Shown here: positions 49,712-62,081 of the stretch, piece after piece
How positions within the stretch are numbered: position 1 is the first letter of the stretch
Layout: each line of letters starts with the position of its first letter
From: an uncultured delta proteobacterium
GTDB lineage: Bacteria; Myxococcota; Myxococcia; Myxococcales; Anaeromyxobacteraceae
Length of the DNA stretch: 64,000 nucleotides
NCBI GenBank assembly: GCA_963845515.1
Contig: CAWJSR010000055.1
Span: 128,001-192,000 of the forward strand
Direction of reading: 5' to 3'
Program-made: the position numbers and the translations under genes
Notes under the pieces: generated by a model
What the model was told of the DNA's origin: nothing
Databases searched by the model: none
The model's input: the letters and a program-made list of their open reading frames with translations, nothing else

Positions 49712-52528
49712 ATGACGCTTCGCCGATACGCACCGCTCGCGCTCATGGCGCTGGCCGTGGGCTGCACAGAGGTCAAGCAGGAGAAGCCTACCAACACCCT
49801 GGTCTTCGCGACGTTCGACTCGACCGCGGGCGTCATCCCGACGCCGAACGACCTGGCGCTGCAGGGCGCTCCCGGCATCGACACCTCGGGGGCCAACGTC
49901 CTCAAGACCGCGCAGAAGGCACTGCTCCTGGACTTCGTCGCGTCGAGCGGGTTCCCGTCCGACCAGGAGGTCTCCATCAGCATCCCGTTCCGCGCCGTCA
50001 CGTTCGACGCCGCGACCAATGCCTACGTGACCGCGGCGACGCAGCCGGTCGTCGATCCTGCGACGGCCACGGCCAGCACCGTGGCGCTCTTCAAGGTCTC
50101 TGGCGGCGCCGTGACGCCTGTGGCGTTCACGGCCGAGACCGACCTGCTCGACTCGAAGGTGCTCAAGATCCGGAAGGCGGCGGACGCGACCGGCAGCCGG
50201 CGCTGGGAGCCCGGCGCCCGCTACGTCGTCGCGGTCCGCGGCGGCTCCAGCGGCGTGAAGACGACGACGGGGCTCACCGTGAACGCCGACCAGGGGATCG
50301 CCCTCGTCATCCCCAACAAGGACATGACCAAGGTGGAGAACCAGCCGCCTGGTGGCCTCGACGCCGTGACCGCCGCGAAGCTCGACGGCCTCCGCAAGGT
50401 CCTGTGGAGCGCGGTCCCTTGGTGCAACATGCCGGTGATTCCGCCGGCCTACGCGGCGCTGCTGACCGCGGGCTGGAACCCCGTCGCCGATCCCGCCCTG
50501 GCCGCCCTCTGCGCGTCGCCGCCCGTGCCGACCGCGAGCAGCGCCTTCGCCGCGATCTCCGGGGTCTTCCCCGTCGAGCAGACCGCCGCCATCGCGACGT
50601 TCCAGATCGCGCCGAGCCCCGGCACGTACGTGGTGGTCGACTCGGGCTCCGGCGTCGCGCCGCTGCCGTTCGATCTGATGCGCGAGGCGATCCCTTCGGA
50701 CGTCACCAAGCCGCTCGACGGCGGCCTCGTGAAGCCCAACGCCGCCTTCGGCGCCGCTGGCGCCGGGCTGGTCACGCTCGACGGCTTCTCGACGACCGCC
50801 ATGATCCTGGCGTCGACCTCGGGGCCGATCACGGCCGGCACCGTCGCCGCCAACGTGAAGCTCTACAAGCGCAACGCCGACGCGACCTGGACCGAGGTCC
50901 TCGCCGTCGTCAAGCAGCCCCCCCAGATCCAGCAGGGCGGCTTCTCCGTGGCCATCGGCCTCCAGCCGGCCGTCTGGACCGGGACCATGGCGCTTCCCCC
51001 GCTCGCCGAGGACACGAAGTACGCGGTCGTCGTGAACGACGGCGTCACCGACTTCACCGGGATGGTCTCGCTCGCCCGCTCCACCTTCTCGAAGCTGATC
51101 CTCGAGCAGACGGCGCCGGTGGTCTATCCGTGGCCGGTCGCGCAGGGGACGAACCCCTCGACCCTCACGCCGCTCCTCGCAGGGATGGACGCCCAGACGG
51201 CAGCAGGCATCCAGAAGATGCGCGGCGAGATCGATGAGCTGATCGCCGACCGGACCCTCACCCGCTCGTCCATCGCCGCCGCCTACACGTTCAAGACGCA
51301 GACGGTGACCCCCACGTCGGTCGGCCTGGCGGCCGCCCCGTACGCGTCGTTGAGCAGCGTTGCGCCGTCCAGCGTCGTGGCGTTCACGCCAGCGCAGTTC
51401 GAGACGCTGACCATGATCCCCGCGGGGCTCTTCCCCTCCGGCTCCAGCATCGTGACCGCGCAGATCACGACGATAGATCCGATGGACACCGATCCATCGA
51501 AGGGGACGCTGAACCCCAACCAGGCCGCGTGGGGCGCCAAGCAGCTCGACGCCATCGTGCTCCTCCCGGCGGCCGCCAGCGTGGCCGCCAGTTGCCCTGC
51601 TCCCGCCGACGCGCTCAAGTGCGCGCCGCTGGTCGTCTTCCACCACGGACTCGCCGGCTCCCGCCTGCAGTCGGTCGTCCTCGCCAACGCGCTCGCGGCC
51701 AACGGGTTCGCCGTGGCGGCGATCGACGCGCCGTTCCACGGCGGCCGTGCGTTCTGCTCGACCGACGCGCACTGCGCGTCGGGCGGTACCTGCACCCTCA
51801 ACATGGTCGATCCGGACGGCGCTGGGCCGATCCCCGCGTTCCAGAACCAGATCAACCCGTCGAGCTGCACGACCTCCCTCGCGCCCGACGCGACCGGGCT
51901 GAGCACGGCCGCTTCCGGGCAGTACCTGATCTCTGCCAACTTCTTCCGATTCCGCGACGCCATCCGCGAGGACGTCCTGGACCAGTCGGCCCTAGTCCTC
52001 GCGCTGGCGCCTCCCACGCCACGCACCACCGATGCGTTCGCGACGACCGCCGCCGGGCTCGGTGTCGCCATCGACCCTACCAGGGTCTACTACCTCGGCC
52101 AGTCGCTCGGCGGGATCGTCGGGACACAGATCCTCGCGACCAACCCCCGCTACTCGCGAGGAGTGCTCAACGTCCCCGGCGGCACCTTCGTGGACGTCTT
52201 CACCACCTCGCCGAGCTTCACCACCGGCAGCAACGACGGCACGCCGGACTCCCTGCTGGAGCTGGCGCTCCAGTCGGTCATACCCGGCTTCGATCTGACG
52301 AAGGTCGATCCCACGCATCCCGGCTTCACGCCGGGGGGCTTCGACGCGGCGATGGCGGCGGCGTACCTGAAGACCCTCAACGTCGCGAAGTGGATCATCG
52401 ACCCGGCGGATCCGATCAACTACGCGGCCAACGTCGAGACGAAGCTCCTCTCTCCGCTCATGGCCAACCTCCCGAACGGCGACGGCGTGCGCATCACTTC
52501 CCGCACCTTGAAGACGTTGATGCCGTAA
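49712..52528 (+). CDS. Large lipoprotein, extracellular lipase-like alpha/beta hydrolase (Pla-1/VolA-like); true C-terminus lost at the junction ~52481
   Basis: Lipobox LAVG-C; PTPNDL, LDGFST, VVFHHGL, AIDAPFHG, GQSLGG nucleophile elbow, IIDPADPINYA; the last ~14 codons are antisense cheV. Confidence 0.8.
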   Translation: MTLRRYAPLALMALAVGCTEVKQEKPTNTLVFATFDSTAGVIPTPNDLALQGAPGIDTSGANVLKTAQKALLLDFVASSGFPSDQEVSISIPFRAVTFDAATNAYVTAATQPVVDPATATASTVALFKVSGGAVTPVAFTAETDLLDSKVLKIRKAADATGSRRWEPGARYVVAVRGGSSGVKTTTGLTVNADQGIALVIPNKDMTKVENQPPGGLDAVTAAKLDGLRKVLWSAVPWCNMPVIPPAYAALLTAGWNPVADPALAALCASPPVPTASSAFAAISGVFPVEQTAAIATFQIAPSPGTYVVVDSGSGVAPLPFDLMREAIPSDVTKPLDGGLVKPNAAFGAAGAGLVTLDGFSTTAMILASTSGPITAGTVAANVKLYKRNADATWTEVLAVVKQPPQIQQGGFSVAIGLQPAVWTGTMALPPLAEDTKYAVVVNDGVTDFTGMVSLARSTFSKLILEQTAPVVYPWPVAQGTNPSTLTPLLAGMDAQTAAGIQKMRGEIDELIADRTLTRSSIAAAYTFKTQTVTPTSVGLAAAPYASLSSVAPSSVVAFTPAQFETLTMIPAGLFPSGSSIVTAQITTIDPMDTDPSKGTLNPNQAAWGAKQLDAIVLLPAAASVAASCPAPADALKCAPLVVFHHGLAGSRLQSVVLANALAANGFAVAAIDAPFHGGRAFCSTDAHCASGGTCTLNMVDPDGAGPIPAFQNQINPSSCTTSLAPDATGLSTAASGQYLISANFFRFRDAIREDVLDQSALVLALAPPTPRTTDAFATTAAGLGVAIDPTRVYYLGQSLGGIVGTQILATNPRYSRGVLNVPGGTFVDVFTTSPSFTTGSNDGTPDSLLELALQSVIPGFDLTKVDPTHPGFTPGGFDAAMAAAYLKTLNVAKWIIDPADPINYAANVETKLLSPLMANLPNGDGVRITSRTLKTLMP

Positions 52529-52641
52529 GTCTCGTGACGACCGGTACGCGCATCCACGCCAAGCGTAAACAGCAAGATCTCCAGCTTGTTGGTGCCGGCT
52601 AGGCGCGTTCGCGCATCGATATTCTTGAGCAGATCGGACAT
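52481..52641 (-). CDS. cheV: CheV N-terminal fragment, truncated at the junction
   Basis: MSDLLKNIDARTRLAGTNKLEILLFTLG...YGINVFKVREVMRTP, then unrelated sequence. Confidence 0.85.
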
Positions 52642-52775
52642 GGGACACCCTCGTTTTCCGCTGTGGTCCGCTTGCCGGGGCGGCCAAGCAGCGGGAATCT
52701 TACGTCAATTCCTGACACTATGATGGAAGGGCCGCGGGTACACAGACCGATCGCACCCGGCCTTTCGGCACCATG

Positions 52776-53081
52776 TCATGCCATGTTGAACAGCTTGCCG
52801 AAATTGGCGATATCCAGCACCTGTTTGACCACGCCACGACAGTTGGTCAGCGCAATCGACTTGCCGGCCGCCTTCGCCTTGTCGCGCAACATGAGCAGCA
52901 TCCCCAAGGCCGAACTATCCAGATACTCGACGCCGCCCAGATCGACGGTCAACTCCTTGGCTGCGGTATCCGCCAACGCCGTGTCGACCGCTTCGCGAAA
53001 TTCGCGATGCGAATTGAAATCAAACCGGCCGACCAGCCTGATCTCGATACCACCCTCCCTGCCAATTACATTCGTCTGCAT
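52776..53081 (-). CDS. STAS-domain (anti-anti-sigma-like) protein
   Basis: GRFDFNSHREFR, VDLGGVEYLDSSALGMLL, IANFGKLF. Confidence 0.9.
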   Translation of the reverse strand: MQTNVIGREGGIEIRLVGRFDFNSHREFREAVDTALADTAAKELTVDLGGVEYLDSSALGMLLMLRDKAKAAGKSIALTNCRGVVKQVLDIANFGKLFNMA

Positions 53082-53132
53082 GAATACACTCCAGATTGTC
53101 TGACACCATTTATCCAGTATAGCCGCTCGAGC

Positions 53133-54205
53133 CTAACCTCGGTCCAGGCGCTGGAGACGTGCCAGGAGATGTGCCGCGACGTCCCGCAGCGTCACCACCT
53201 CGTCTACCGCGCCGATCAGCGCCGCTTCGCGCGGCATGCCGTAGACGACGCAACTCGCCTCGTCCTGGCCGATGGTCCATGCCCCGGCCTGCCGCATGGC
53301 GAGCATGCCCCTGGCGCCGTCCTTGCCCATGCCGGTCAGGACTATCGCCGTCGCATTGGCGCCCAGTTCGGCCGCCACGGAATCGAACAGGACATCCACC
53401 GCCGGCCGGTGTCGATTGACCGGCTCGGCGCTTGACAGCTCGGTCACGCAGCCGCCGGCCACTCTTCCTGACCAGAAGATGCGAGTGCCCGGGAGCCAGA
53501 TAAGCCATGCCGGGATGCAGACGCTCACCCCCTTTCGCCTCGACCACGGTCAAGGACGACAAGCCATCCAGGCGTTTGGCAAAGGATGGCGTAAACGACT
53601 CCGGCATGTGCTGGACCATGACGATGGGCGGCATTTCCTGCTGGCAGACGGATCAGCACCTCCTTGATGGCCTCGGTACCGCCGGTCGAAGCTCCGATGG
53701 CAATGACATGACTGTTCAGCAAGCGCTGTGAAAAACCGGCGGAGGAAACCGTGGCGGCGCCGTCCGCCGGCCGGGCGGGCGCCGGGCGTGGCGTGGCAAC
53801 CCGGCCGCGCGCATGGAAGGCGGCGCGAATCTTGTCGCGGACGTCTTCGGTGTAGGCATGCAGCATGGCGGCGTTGTCCGCCTGCGGCTTGGTGACGAAA
53901 TCGAACGCGCCGGTCTCCAGCGCTTGCAGCGTCACCTCGGAGCCGCGCGCGGTATGGGACGAGATCATGACCACCGGCATCGGACGCAGGCGCATCAACC
54001 GGCCGAGGAATTCCAGGCCGTCCATCCTCGGCATTTCCACGTCCAGGGTCAGCACGTCCGGGTTGAGGGACTTGATCATTTCCCGGGCGGCGATCGGGTC
54101 GGGGGCGGCCCCGACCACCTCGATGTCCGGTGCGCCGCCGATGATCTCGGTCAGCAAGGCCCGCATCAGCGCGGAGTCGTCAACAATCAGTACTTTGATG
54201 CTCAT
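53133..54205 (-). CDS. cheB: Chemotaxis methylesterase CheB; two frameshifts (~53640, ~53460)
   Basis: REC domain; [36 protein letters not shown]. Confidence 0.92.
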
Positions 54206-54822
54206 CAGGTAAACAACTCGATATCGCCCACCACCGGGGCTTCGGTAAGCCGCGCCGCATACTCCTTCTCGCGCCGCATCAGGGTGTCGTTGTGCATGCG
54301 GATGAGCTTCTTGACCAGTACCCGGCCGCTCTGCGGAAAGAAATAGACCTTGCGTGGATGCACGTCCAGCAGATCCTGCGCCTTGACCGGAATGCCCTCG
54401 GTGTTCAGGTACTCCAGTACGAAGCGGGAGTTGCGGTCGCCCACCTGGGAACTCGAAAGGCTGGCCATGACGCGGCCACCGCCGAAGACCTTGGCTTCCA
54501 GGTTGCCGCGCCGGGCACCGAGCTTGAGCAGGTGGTTGATCAGGATTTCCATGGCATAGGTGCCGTAGCGTGCCGAGGAGGAGAAGCCACTGCTATCGGC
54601 GGACTCGGCAAGCATGAAATGGTTCATGCCGCCCATACCCTTTTCGCGGTCGCGGATGCAGGCGGAGACACAGGAGCCCAGAACCGTCACCAGGACCATG
54701 TCGGAGGTCGTGACATAGTATTCACCCGGCAGCACCTTGACCGCTTCGGCCTCGAAATGTCGGTCGTAGTAACGGTTGTTGGCCAGGTGCTCCGCAAAAC
54801 CCGCTTCGCTGCCGCTGGTCAT
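54205..54822 (-). CDS. cheD: Chemoreceptor glutamine deamidase CheD
   Basis: [34 protein letters not shown]. Confidence 0.95.
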   Translation of the reverse strand: MTSGSEAGFAEHLANNRYYDRHFEAEAVKVLPGEYYVTTSDMVLVTVLGSCVSACIRDREKGMGGMNHFMLAESADSSGFSSSARYGTYAMEILINHLLKLGARRGNLEAKVFGGGRVMASLSSSQVGDRNSRFVLEYLNTEGIPVKAQDLLDVHPRKVYFFPQSGRVLVKKLIRMHNDTLMRREKEYAARLTEAPVVGDIELFT

Positions 54823-55712
54823 CGGGCGGCCCGCGGGGTTGCGTGACTGTGGTCGGCTCGTTCGTATACGGTGCGGCCAAGGGAATGAAACAAGTCGGCG
54901 GCATGGAGGAAGCTCTCCGAATGGCCGGCATAGAGCAGGCCATCGTCGCGCAGCAGCGGCACGAACTTCTTGAGAATCTGGTACTGGGTCGGCTTGTCGA
55001 AATAGATCATCACATTGCGGCAGAACAGCGCATCCAGCGGCCCCTGGACTGGCCAGCGGGCGTCCAGCAGATTGATCTGGACAAAGCTGACCAGACGCCG
55101 CAATTCGGGCCGCACCCGCGCGTACCCGGACTGACTGCCCGTGCCCTTCAGGAAGAAGCGCTGCAAGCGCGCCGGCTGCATGCGATCGACACGGTCGAGC
55201 GTATAGACCCCTCGCTCGGCGGCGGTGAGCACATTGGTGTCGATGTCGCTGGCGACGATCTCCACCGGCGGCGACAACGTATCGAACGCCTCGCAGGCGG
55301 TCATCGCCAGCGAGTAGGGCTCCTCGCCGGTCGAAGCGGCCGAGCACCAGATGCGCAAGGGCCGGTGGCGCCTTTCCCGCAGCTGTTTGAGCAGGATGTC
55401 GAAGTGATGTGCCTCGCGGAAGAACGCGGTCAGGTTGGTGGTCAGGGAATTGACGAAGGTTTCCCACTCCTGCTCGTCGCCACCTTCCAGGCGGGCCAGA
55501 TAATCCTCGAACGTGGTCAGCCTCAACGCGCGCAAGCGTCGCGCCAAGCGCGAATAGACCATGTCCTGTTTGATCGGTGCCAGCGATATGCCAGCGTGAT
55601 CGTAGATCAGCTTGCGGACCCGGTCGAAGTCAGCCTGCGTGAAGTGGAACTCTCGATCCGGTGTCAGCGTCGGTGCCGGAGACGAGGAGCCGGAAGAAGC
55701 AACCGGGCTCAA
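54819..55712 (-). CDS. cheR: Chemotaxis methyltransferase CheR
   Basis: [49 protein letters not shown]. Confidence 0.95.
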   Translation of the reverse strand: MSPVASSGSSSPAPTLTPDREFHFTQADFDRVRKLIYDHAGISLAPIKQDMVYSRLARRLRALRLTTFEDYLARLEGGDEQEWETFVNSLTTNLTAFFREAHHFDILLKQLRERRHRPLRIWCSAASTGEEPYSLAMTACEAFDTLSPPVEIVASDIDTNVLTAAERGVYTLDRVDRMQPARLQRFFLKGTGSQSGYARVRPELRRLVSFVQINLLDARWPVQGPLDALFCRNVMIYFDKPTQYQILKKFVPLLRDDGLLYAGHSESFLHAADLFHSLGRTVYERADHSHATPRAAR

Positions 55713-56647
55713 AACTCTTCCCACTCTTCGTTGTCGTCGGCGAGGTGGGCGGGCGGGCCTTTGCGGGCCGTCGGCTTGGCCAACGCCGGCTTCTCGGTCC
55801 GCGCCTCATGGCCCAGTTGCCTCGGCGTCACGTCCCGCAAGGCCGGCCCCGGCAGGTTCGTCCCGCCTCCTCCCGCCGAGAGCTTGAACATGCCCACCGC
55901 CTGCACCAGACCCCGCGCCTGCTCTTCCAGACTCTCGGCCGCCGCCGCCGCTTGTTCCACCAGGGCGGCGTTCTGCTGGGTCACTTCGTCCATCTGACCC
56001 ACCGCCTGCGTCACTTGCTCGATGCCCGAGCTTTGTTCCCGGCTGGCGCCGCTGATCTCGGTCACCAGGTTGGCCACGCTCCGGAACGAGCGCACCACTT
56101 CGTCCATGGTGCTGCCCGCTTCGCCAACCAGCTTGGCGCCACTGTCGACCTTGTCCACCGATTCGGCGATCAGCGTCTTGATCTCCTTGGCCGCCGTGGC
56201 GCTTCGTTGCGCCAGGTTCCTCACTTCGGTGGCCACCACGGCGAAGCCCCGTCCTTGTTCGCCCGCCCGGGCCGCTTCCACGGCCGCGTTCAGCGCCAGG
56301 ATGTTGGTCTGGAAGGCGATGCTGTCGATGACGCCGATGATGTCGGCGATCTTCTTCGAGCTGTCCTGGATCTCGCCCATGGTCACCACGACCCGCTTGA
56401 CGACTTCGCCACCCCGCACCACGCCTTCGTTGGAGCTCTTGGCCAGTTCGTTCGCCTGCCGGGCATTCTCGGCGTTCTGCCGGACGGTGGCGTTGAGTTC
56501 TTCCATGGAGCTGGCGGTCTCTTCCAGACTGCTCGCCTGTTCTTCCGTCCGGCTCGATAGATCCTGGTTCCCCGCCGCAATCTCCTGCGCCGCCGTGTTG
56601 ATCGCCTCCGTCGCTTCCTTGATCCGTCCCACTACTTCGCGCAGACG
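55709..56647. repeat. ~0.94-kb near-identical direct repeat, copy 1 (MCP signalling domain and tail)
   Basis: Matches 58614-59552 at offset 2905; I saw only three substitutions by eye. Confidence 0.9.
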
Positions 56648-58570
56648 CGCCACCGTCGTGTTGGTGTCGTCCTTCAGTTGGGCAAATGTGCCCTGGTAGT
56701 CGCCTTCCATGGTCTGCGTGAGATCACCGCGCGCCAGCGCCCCCAACACGCCGGCCACCGAGTTCAGGCCGCTGGCCGCCGTATCCAGGAGTTTGTTCAG
56801 ACCATTCGCCAGGCTTGCGAAGAAGTCGACCTTGCCTTCCGGGGACAGGCGCTTGGTGAAGTCGCCGGCCGCCGCCGCGGTGACGATCTCCTCGATCTCG
56901 CGCTCTACCGCCACCTCGGCCGTGCGGTCGATCCATTGGCTCGCCCGCGCCAGGTAGCGACCGTTACTGTCGCGAACCGGTGTCGCCGTTACCCGCAACT
57001 GCTTGCCGGCCATCGCAACATCCAGTGTGCGCGGCTCCAGCAACTCGCTTCCGTAGACCTTGCGCATGGCCTCGTCGTCGAAATATCCAGCCAGGCCATG
57101 GCCATACATGCCTTCGACAGTGAAGCCCGGATGGGCCTGCGCAATGGCCGGCGCCATCGCCGTCCACAGCGCCGTGGCCGCGTTGTTCATGTAGATGAGC
57201 TGGTTGTTGAAGTCCGAGATGGTCATTGGCATCGCCGCACCGTCGAGGGCGATCTTGATCCGGGTCGCCTCGTCCGACACCCGCTTGGTTTCCGCCACTT
57301 CAAAGCCGAGCCGTGTCTGCATTGATTGCAGGCCCTGGAGGGTCTTGCCAAGCTCGTCGTTATGGGTGACATCGATCACGCCGGTGTAGTTGCCCTGGGT
57401 GACATTGGCTAGCGTCGTCACGACTTGGTCGAGGGGACGCTTGATCGAACGCACCAGGCGCAACGCAGCAAAGCCGGCCAGGGCGAGGACGGCCAGGACG
57501 CCGAGCACAGTCAACAGGCGGACCTGTTCGTAATGCGCCAGGGAAGATTGGAACTCGCTACGCGCCTTGTCGGAGTGGTACTTGAACAAGGCATCCGCCC
57601 TGGCCGAAGCTTCCGCATAAAGTGGATTGGCCTTCTGGAGGAGGATTGCGTTGGCATCGCGGAAATTGCCGCTAAGCATGGCCTGCTGGGCCGGCAGCAG
57701 GCCCTCTTGAACAAACTTCTTACGCGCATCGGTATAGGCTTCGGCCAGGGCGCGATGTTCATCGGAGTGAATCGCCTTCTGGTACTCATCCCACAGCCGG
57801 GAGATTTCCTCGATGTTTTCCTTGACCGGGTCGGTATGCTGGGCCAGCGGGTGATCGTGGTACTTGAGCGATTCACCGGCGGGATCGTGCTGCAGGGCGA
57901 GCAGGACATGGGCCCGATTGTCCGCCATCAGCTTGCCGATGCGGCCGACGATGCGGGTGGTTTCGGTTCTGCGCTCGAACATGTCGGAAACCAGCCGGTT
58001 GGTGGTTGAGACCATGAACAGCCCGACCATCGCCTGAACGACCAACACCACGGCGAGCGAGCCCAGGATACCGGCCAGGCGGCCCGCGACCGGCATGTTG
58101 GCCCAGATGCTTTCGCGGCCCTTGACCGCCTTGCCGTAACGAATGACCAGGTTGCCCTGGCGCTTCTCGCGAAACTGTCGATAGACCTCTTCATGGGCGG
58201 CGATGGCCTCGCGGGTCGCCTTGCGGCGCAGCGACATGTAGCCCGTGATCTGCCCGCCTTCCCAGATCGGTGTGGCATTGGCCAGCACCCAATAGTAGTC
58301 GCCATTCTTGCAACGGTTCTTGACCATGCCGGTCCAGGGCCGGCCGGCCTTGAGGGTGTCCCACAAGTCCTGGAAAGCCTCCGTCGGCATGTCGGGATGC
58401 CGAACGATGTTGTGCGGCTCGCCGATCAGTTCCCTTTCCGTGAAGCCGCTAATGTCGAGAAAGTCGCGATTGATGTAGGTGATGCGTCCCTTGAGGTCGG
58501 TCTTCGAGACGATCATGGTGTCGTCGCGCAACTGAATCTCGTTCTGGGTCACCGGCAAATTGGTTCTCAT
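55709..58570 (-). CDS. Methyl-accepting chemotaxis protein (N-terminal Aer-type PAS, 4HB/Tar ligand domain, HAMP, second PAS-like region)
   Basis: [53 protein letters not shown]-terminal pentapeptide EWEEF. Confidence 0.93.
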   Translation of the reverse strand: MRTNLPVTQNEIQLRDDTMIVSKTDLKGRITYINRDFLDISGFTERELIGEPHNIVRHPDMPTEAFQDLWDTLKAGRPWTGMVKNRCKNGDYYWVLANATPIWEGGQITGYMSLRRKATREAIAAHEEVYRQFREKRQGNLVIRYGKAVKGRESIWANMPVAGRLAGILGSLAVVLVVQAMVGLFMVSTTNRLVSDMFERRTETTRIVGRIGKLMADNRAHVLLALQHDPAGESLKYHDHPLAQHTDPVKENIEEISRLWDEYQKAIHSDEHRALAEAYTDARKKFVQEGLLPAQQAMLSGNFRDANAILLQKANPLYAEASARADALFKYHSDKARSEFQSSLAHYEQVRLLTVLGVLAVLALAGFAALRLVRSIKRPLDQVVTTLANVTQGNYTGVIDVTHNDELGKTLQGLQSMQTRLGFEVAETKRVSDEATRIKIALDGAAMPMTISDFNNQLIYMNNAATALWTAMAPAIAQAHPGFTVEGMYGHGLAGYFDDEAMRKVYGSELLEPRTLDVAMAGKQLRVTATPVRDSNGRYLARASQWIDRTAEVAVEREIEEIVTAAAAGDFTKRLSPEGKVDFFASLANGLNKLLDTAASGLNSVAGVLGALARGDLTQTMEGDYQGTFAQLKDDTNTTVARLREVVGRIKEATEAINTAAQEIAAGNQDLSSRTEEQASSLEETASSMEELNATVRQNAENARQANELAKSSNEGVVRGGEVVKRVVVTMGEIQDSSKKIADIIGVIDSIAFQTNILALNAAVEAARAGEQGRGFAVVATEVRNLAQRSATAAKEIKTLIAESVDKVDSGAKLVGEAGSTMDEVVRSFRSVANLVTEISGASREQSSGIEQVTQAVGQMDEVTQQNAALVEQAAAAAESLEEQARGLVQAVGMFKLSAGGGGTNLPGPALRDVTPRQLGHEARTEKPALAKPTARKGPPAHLADDNEEWEEF

Positions 58571-58613
58571 GCTCGTTCGTTCCTCTGCTCAATGGTCGGA
58601 TGAACCACCGCTG

Positions 58614-59552
58614 TCAAAACTCTTCCCACTCTTCGTTGTCGTCGGCGAGGTGGGCGGGCGGGCCTTTGCGGGCCGTCGGCTTGGCCAACGCCGGCTTCTC
58701 GGTCCGCGCCTCATGGCCCAGTTGCCTCGGCGTCACGTCCCGCAAGGCCGGCCCCGGCAGGTTCGTCCCGCCTCCTCCCGCCGAGAGCTTGAACATGCCC
58801 ACCGCCTGCACCAGACCCCGCGCCTGCTCTTCCAGACTCTCGGCCGCCGCCGCCGCTTGTTCCACCAGGGCGGCGTTCTGCTGGGTCACTTCGTCCATCT
58901 GACCCACCGCCTGCGTCACTTGCTCGATGCCCGAGCTTTGTTCCCGGCTGGCGCCGCTGATCTCGGTCACCAGGTTGGCCACGCTCCGGAACGAGCGCAC
59001 CACTTCGTCCATGGTGCTGCCCGCTTCGCCAACCAGCTTGGCGCCACTGTCGACCTTGCCCACCGATTCGGCGATCAGCGTCTTGATCTCCTTGGCCGCC
59101 GTGGCGCTTCGTTGCGCCAGGTTCCTCACTTCGGTGGCCACCACGGCGAAGCCCCGTCCTTGTTCGCCCGCCCGGGCCGCTTCCACGGCGGCGTTCAGCG
59201 CCAGGATGTTGGTCTGGAAGGCGATGCTGTCGATGACGCCGATGATGTCGGCGATCTTCTTCGAGCTGTCCTGGATCTCGCCCATGGTCACCACGACCCG
59301 CTTGACGACTTCGCCACCCCGCACCACGCCTTCGTTGGAGCTCTTGGCCAGTTCGTTCGCCTGCCGGGCATTCTCGGCGTTCTGCCGGACGGTGGCGTTG
59401 AGTTGTTCCATGGAGCTGGCGGTCTCTTCCAGACTGCTCGCCTGTTCTTCCGTCCGGCTCGATAGATCCTGGTTCCCCGCCGCAATCTCCTGCGCCGCCG
59501 TGTTGATCGCCTCCGTCGCTTCCTTGATCCGTCCCACTACTTCGCGCAGACG
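58614..59552. repeat. ~0.94-kb near-identical direct repeat, copy 2
   Basis: Matches 55709-56647. Confidence 0.9.
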
Positions 59553-61466
59553 GCCGATGGTGGCGTTGGTATCGTCCTTCAACTGACCGAGCACACCCTG
59601 ATAGTCGGCTTCCACCGACTTGGTCAGGTCGCCGTTGGCCACCGCCTTCAGCACGCTCGCCACGTCGGCCAGGCCACGCGCCGTGATCTCCATCAACTGG
59701 TTGATGCCCCGTGCCAGGTTGAGGAAGAAGCCCTCCTTGTCAGTCTCGGGCAAACGCCGGGAAAAATCGCCCGCCACGGCCGCGGTGACGATCTCCTCGA
59801 CTTCACGCTCCGCCGCCACCTCGGCGGTCCGGTCACGCCATTCGGCGACGCTGCCCAATCGCTCGCCTTGCTCGTTGAGCACCGGATTGGCGGAGACGGT
59901 CAGGGACCGGCCGCCGATTTCCAGATTGGCCGTGTAGACACCGGCGAGCTTGGCCAGCAGTTCCGCCTGGTGGCGCGGGTTCTTGTGAAAGACGTCGATG
60001 CAGGTACCAAGCAAGCGGTCGGCGTCGAAGTTGGGCAACTGGGTGCGAATGCCGGCTTCGGCCCCCTTGAGAACCCGCTGTACGGACTTGTTGATGTAGA
60101 TGATGTTGCGTTCGGGATCGGCGATCATCACCCCGGTCGACACGTTGTCCAAGGCCACCTTGACGCGGGCCATTTCATTGCCGATGCGCTTGGATTCCGC
60201 CAGTTCGAAACCCGAGCGAGTCTGCATCGACTGCAAGCCCTGCAGCAGCTTGCCGACCTCGTCGTCGCGGGAAATGTCGATGGCATTCGAGTAATCGCCC
60301 TGGGCGACATTGCGCAGCACGCCGACCACGCCACGCAAGTCGCGCCGGATGGCCCGAATGAGCCAGTAGGACAAGGCGCCACCGACGATCAGCAACACGA
60401 CCATCAGGCCAATCTGGGTGTTGCGGGTCACGACGTAGCGCCCTTGCGAGTCGGACATTTCCGCCCGGCCCTGCTTGACGTGGCGGTCACGCAGCGCGTC
60501 GGCCTTGGCAACGGCAACCATGAACAGAGGATTGACCTTTTCCTGGAACAAGGCCCAGGCCACGCCGTTGTCGCCCGCGTCGATAGCCTCGACGGCGGGC
60601 AACAGCCCTTCCTTGACGAAACGCGCTCGCGCCGCCGCGTAGTCATCGGCAATCTTGCGGTGCTCATCGGTCAACACGGTCTTCTGGTAGTCCTTCCAGA
60701 GCCCGGTAATCTCGGCGATGTTCTTGCGTACCTGCTCCATATACGGACGATGATCGGCGGTGGCGATCGACGGGTCGTGATGGACGCCCAGACCGCTGAG
60801 CGCGATCTGCATGCGGTTGTCGCCCATCAATTGCGTGATCCGGCCAAGGATGCGCACGCCGTCGAAGCGCTGCTCGTACAGGCTGACCGTCGCATCATTG
60901 GTGCGGGAAAGGGCGACGATGGCCATCAGCGCCATGACCAGCACCAGCGTCCCGAGCAGAGCTAGCAGGCCGCCGATGCGATGCGCGAGGGTCAGGTTCT
61001 CCCGCCAGCGGCCACCGCTGACCGCGCGGCCGCACCGGATCACCAAACCGCCCTGGCGCTTTTCCCGGAACTGGCGATAGACGTCCTCGTGCGCCTGGAT
61101 CATCTCCCGGCTGGCTTTGCGCCGAACCGACAGATAGCCGGTTACCTGACCGTGGTCCCAGATCGGCGTCGCATTGGCCAGTACCCAGTAGTGGTCGCCG
61201 TTCTTGCAGCGGTTCTTGACGTAGCCGGTCCAGGGACGGCCGACCTTGAGGGTATCCCACAGGTCCTGAAAGGCTTCCGTCGGCATGTCGGGATGCCGGA
61301 CGATGTTGTGCGGCTCGCCGATCAATTCGCTTTCGGCGAAGCCGCTGATGGCGAGAAAATCGCGATTGACGTAGGTGATCTGGCCCTTCAGGTCGGTCTT
61401 CGAGACAATGATCGTCTCGTCGCCCAGCTCGATCTCGTTGTTGGTCACCGGCAAGTTCGTCCGCAT
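58614..61466 (-). CDS. Methyl-accepting chemotaxis protein, paralog (Aer-type PAS, 4HB, HAMP, Aer2-like PAS)
   Basis: Same architecture; second PAS has [11 protein letters not shown] and AEW; ends EWEEF. Confidence 0.93.
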   Translation of the reverse strand: MRTNLPVTNNEIELGDETIIVSKTDLKGQITYVNRDFLAISGFAESELIGEPHNIVRHPDMPTEAFQDLWDTLKVGRPWTGYVKNRCKNGDHYWVLANATPIWDHGQVTGYLSVRRKASREMIQAHEDVYRQFREKRQGGLVIRCGRAVSGGRWRENLTLAHRIGGLLALLGTLVLVMALMAIVALSRTNDATVSLYEQRFDGVRILGRITQLMGDNRMQIALSGLGVHHDPSIATADHRPYMEQVRKNIAEITGLWKDYQKTVLTDEHRKIADDYAAARARFVKEGLLPAVEAIDAGDNGVAWALFQEKVNPLFMVAVAKADALRDRHVKQGRAEMSDSQGRYVVTRNTQIGLMVVLLIVGGALSYWLIRAIRRDLRGVVGVLRNVAQGDYSNAIDISRDDEVGKLLQGLQSMQTRSGFELAESKRIGNEMARVKVALDNVSTGVMIADPERNIIYINKSVQRVLKGAEAGIRTQLPNFDADRLLGTCIDVFHKNPRHQAELLAKLAGVYTANLEIGGRSLTVSANPVLNEQGERLGSVAEWRDRTAEVAAEREVEEIVTAAVAGDFSRRLPETDKEGFFLNLARGINQLMEITARGLADVASVLKAVANGDLTKSVEADYQGVLGQLKDDTNATIGRLREVVGRIKEATEAINTAAQEIAAGNQDLSSRTEEQASSLEETASSMEQLNATVRQNAENARQANELAKSSNEGVVRGGEVVKRVVVTMGEIQDSSKKIADIIGVIDSIAFQTNILALNAAVEAARAGEQGRGFAVVATEVRNLAQRSATAAKEIKTLIAESVGKVDSGAKLVGEAGSTMDEVVRSFRSVANLVTEISGASREQSSGIEQVTQAVGQMDEVTQQNAALVEQAAAAAESLEEQARGLVQAVGMFKLSAGGGGTNLPGPALRDVTPRQLGHEARTEKPALAKPTARKGPPAHLADDNEEWEEF

Positions 61467-61558
61467 GGGGAGCCCCTTTGAATCGGCTAGTCGCCGGAAC
61501 GCAGCGTCGGCGCGACGTTGGCTGCCGGCCCGACCGGCTTTGCCATCCCGGATCGCCA

Positions 61559-62065
61559 TCAGAGTGCCGCCGCCTCGTCCATCAGCGCCATCTCCGAAGA
61601 AAGCATCAGGCGCGTGATGTCCACCACGATCAGCATGCGCTCTTCGAGCGTGGTCAGACCCTGGATGTACCGGGTATCGACGGTCGCGGCGAACTCCGGC
61701 GCGGGACGGATCTGGTCGGGGCGCAGCGAGGTAACATCGGAAACGCCATCGACCACGATACCGACCACCCGCTCGGCGATGTTGAGGATGATGACCACGG
61801 TGAACGGCGTGTATTCCGCCTTGCCGACCTCGAACTTGATGCGCAGATCGACGATCGGCACGATGGTGCCGCGCAGGTTGATGACGCCCTTGATGAAGGC
61901 CGGCGCGTTGGCGATGGTCGTCGGCTTCTCGTAGCCGCGGATCTCCTGCACCTTCAGGATGTCGATCGCGTATTCCTCGGGACCGAGCGTGAAGGTCAGG
62001 TACTCCTGCGCCAAGCCGCCTTCGTCGATCTGTCTGGGGACTTGATTGGGCAATATCCTGACCAT
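61559..62065 (-). CDS. cheW: CheW coupling protein
   Basis: [52 protein letters not shown]. Confidence 0.96.
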   Translation of the reverse strand: MVRILPNQVPRQIDEGGLAQEYLTFTLGPEEYAIDILKVQEIRGYEKPTTIANAPAFIKGVINLRGTIVPIVDLRIKFEVGKAEYTPFTVVIILNIAERVVGIVVDGVSDVTSLRPDQIRPAPEFAATVDTRYIQGLTTLEERMLIVVDITRLMLSSEMALMDEAAAL

Positions 62066-62081
62066 GCTTGTGCTCCTGTTG

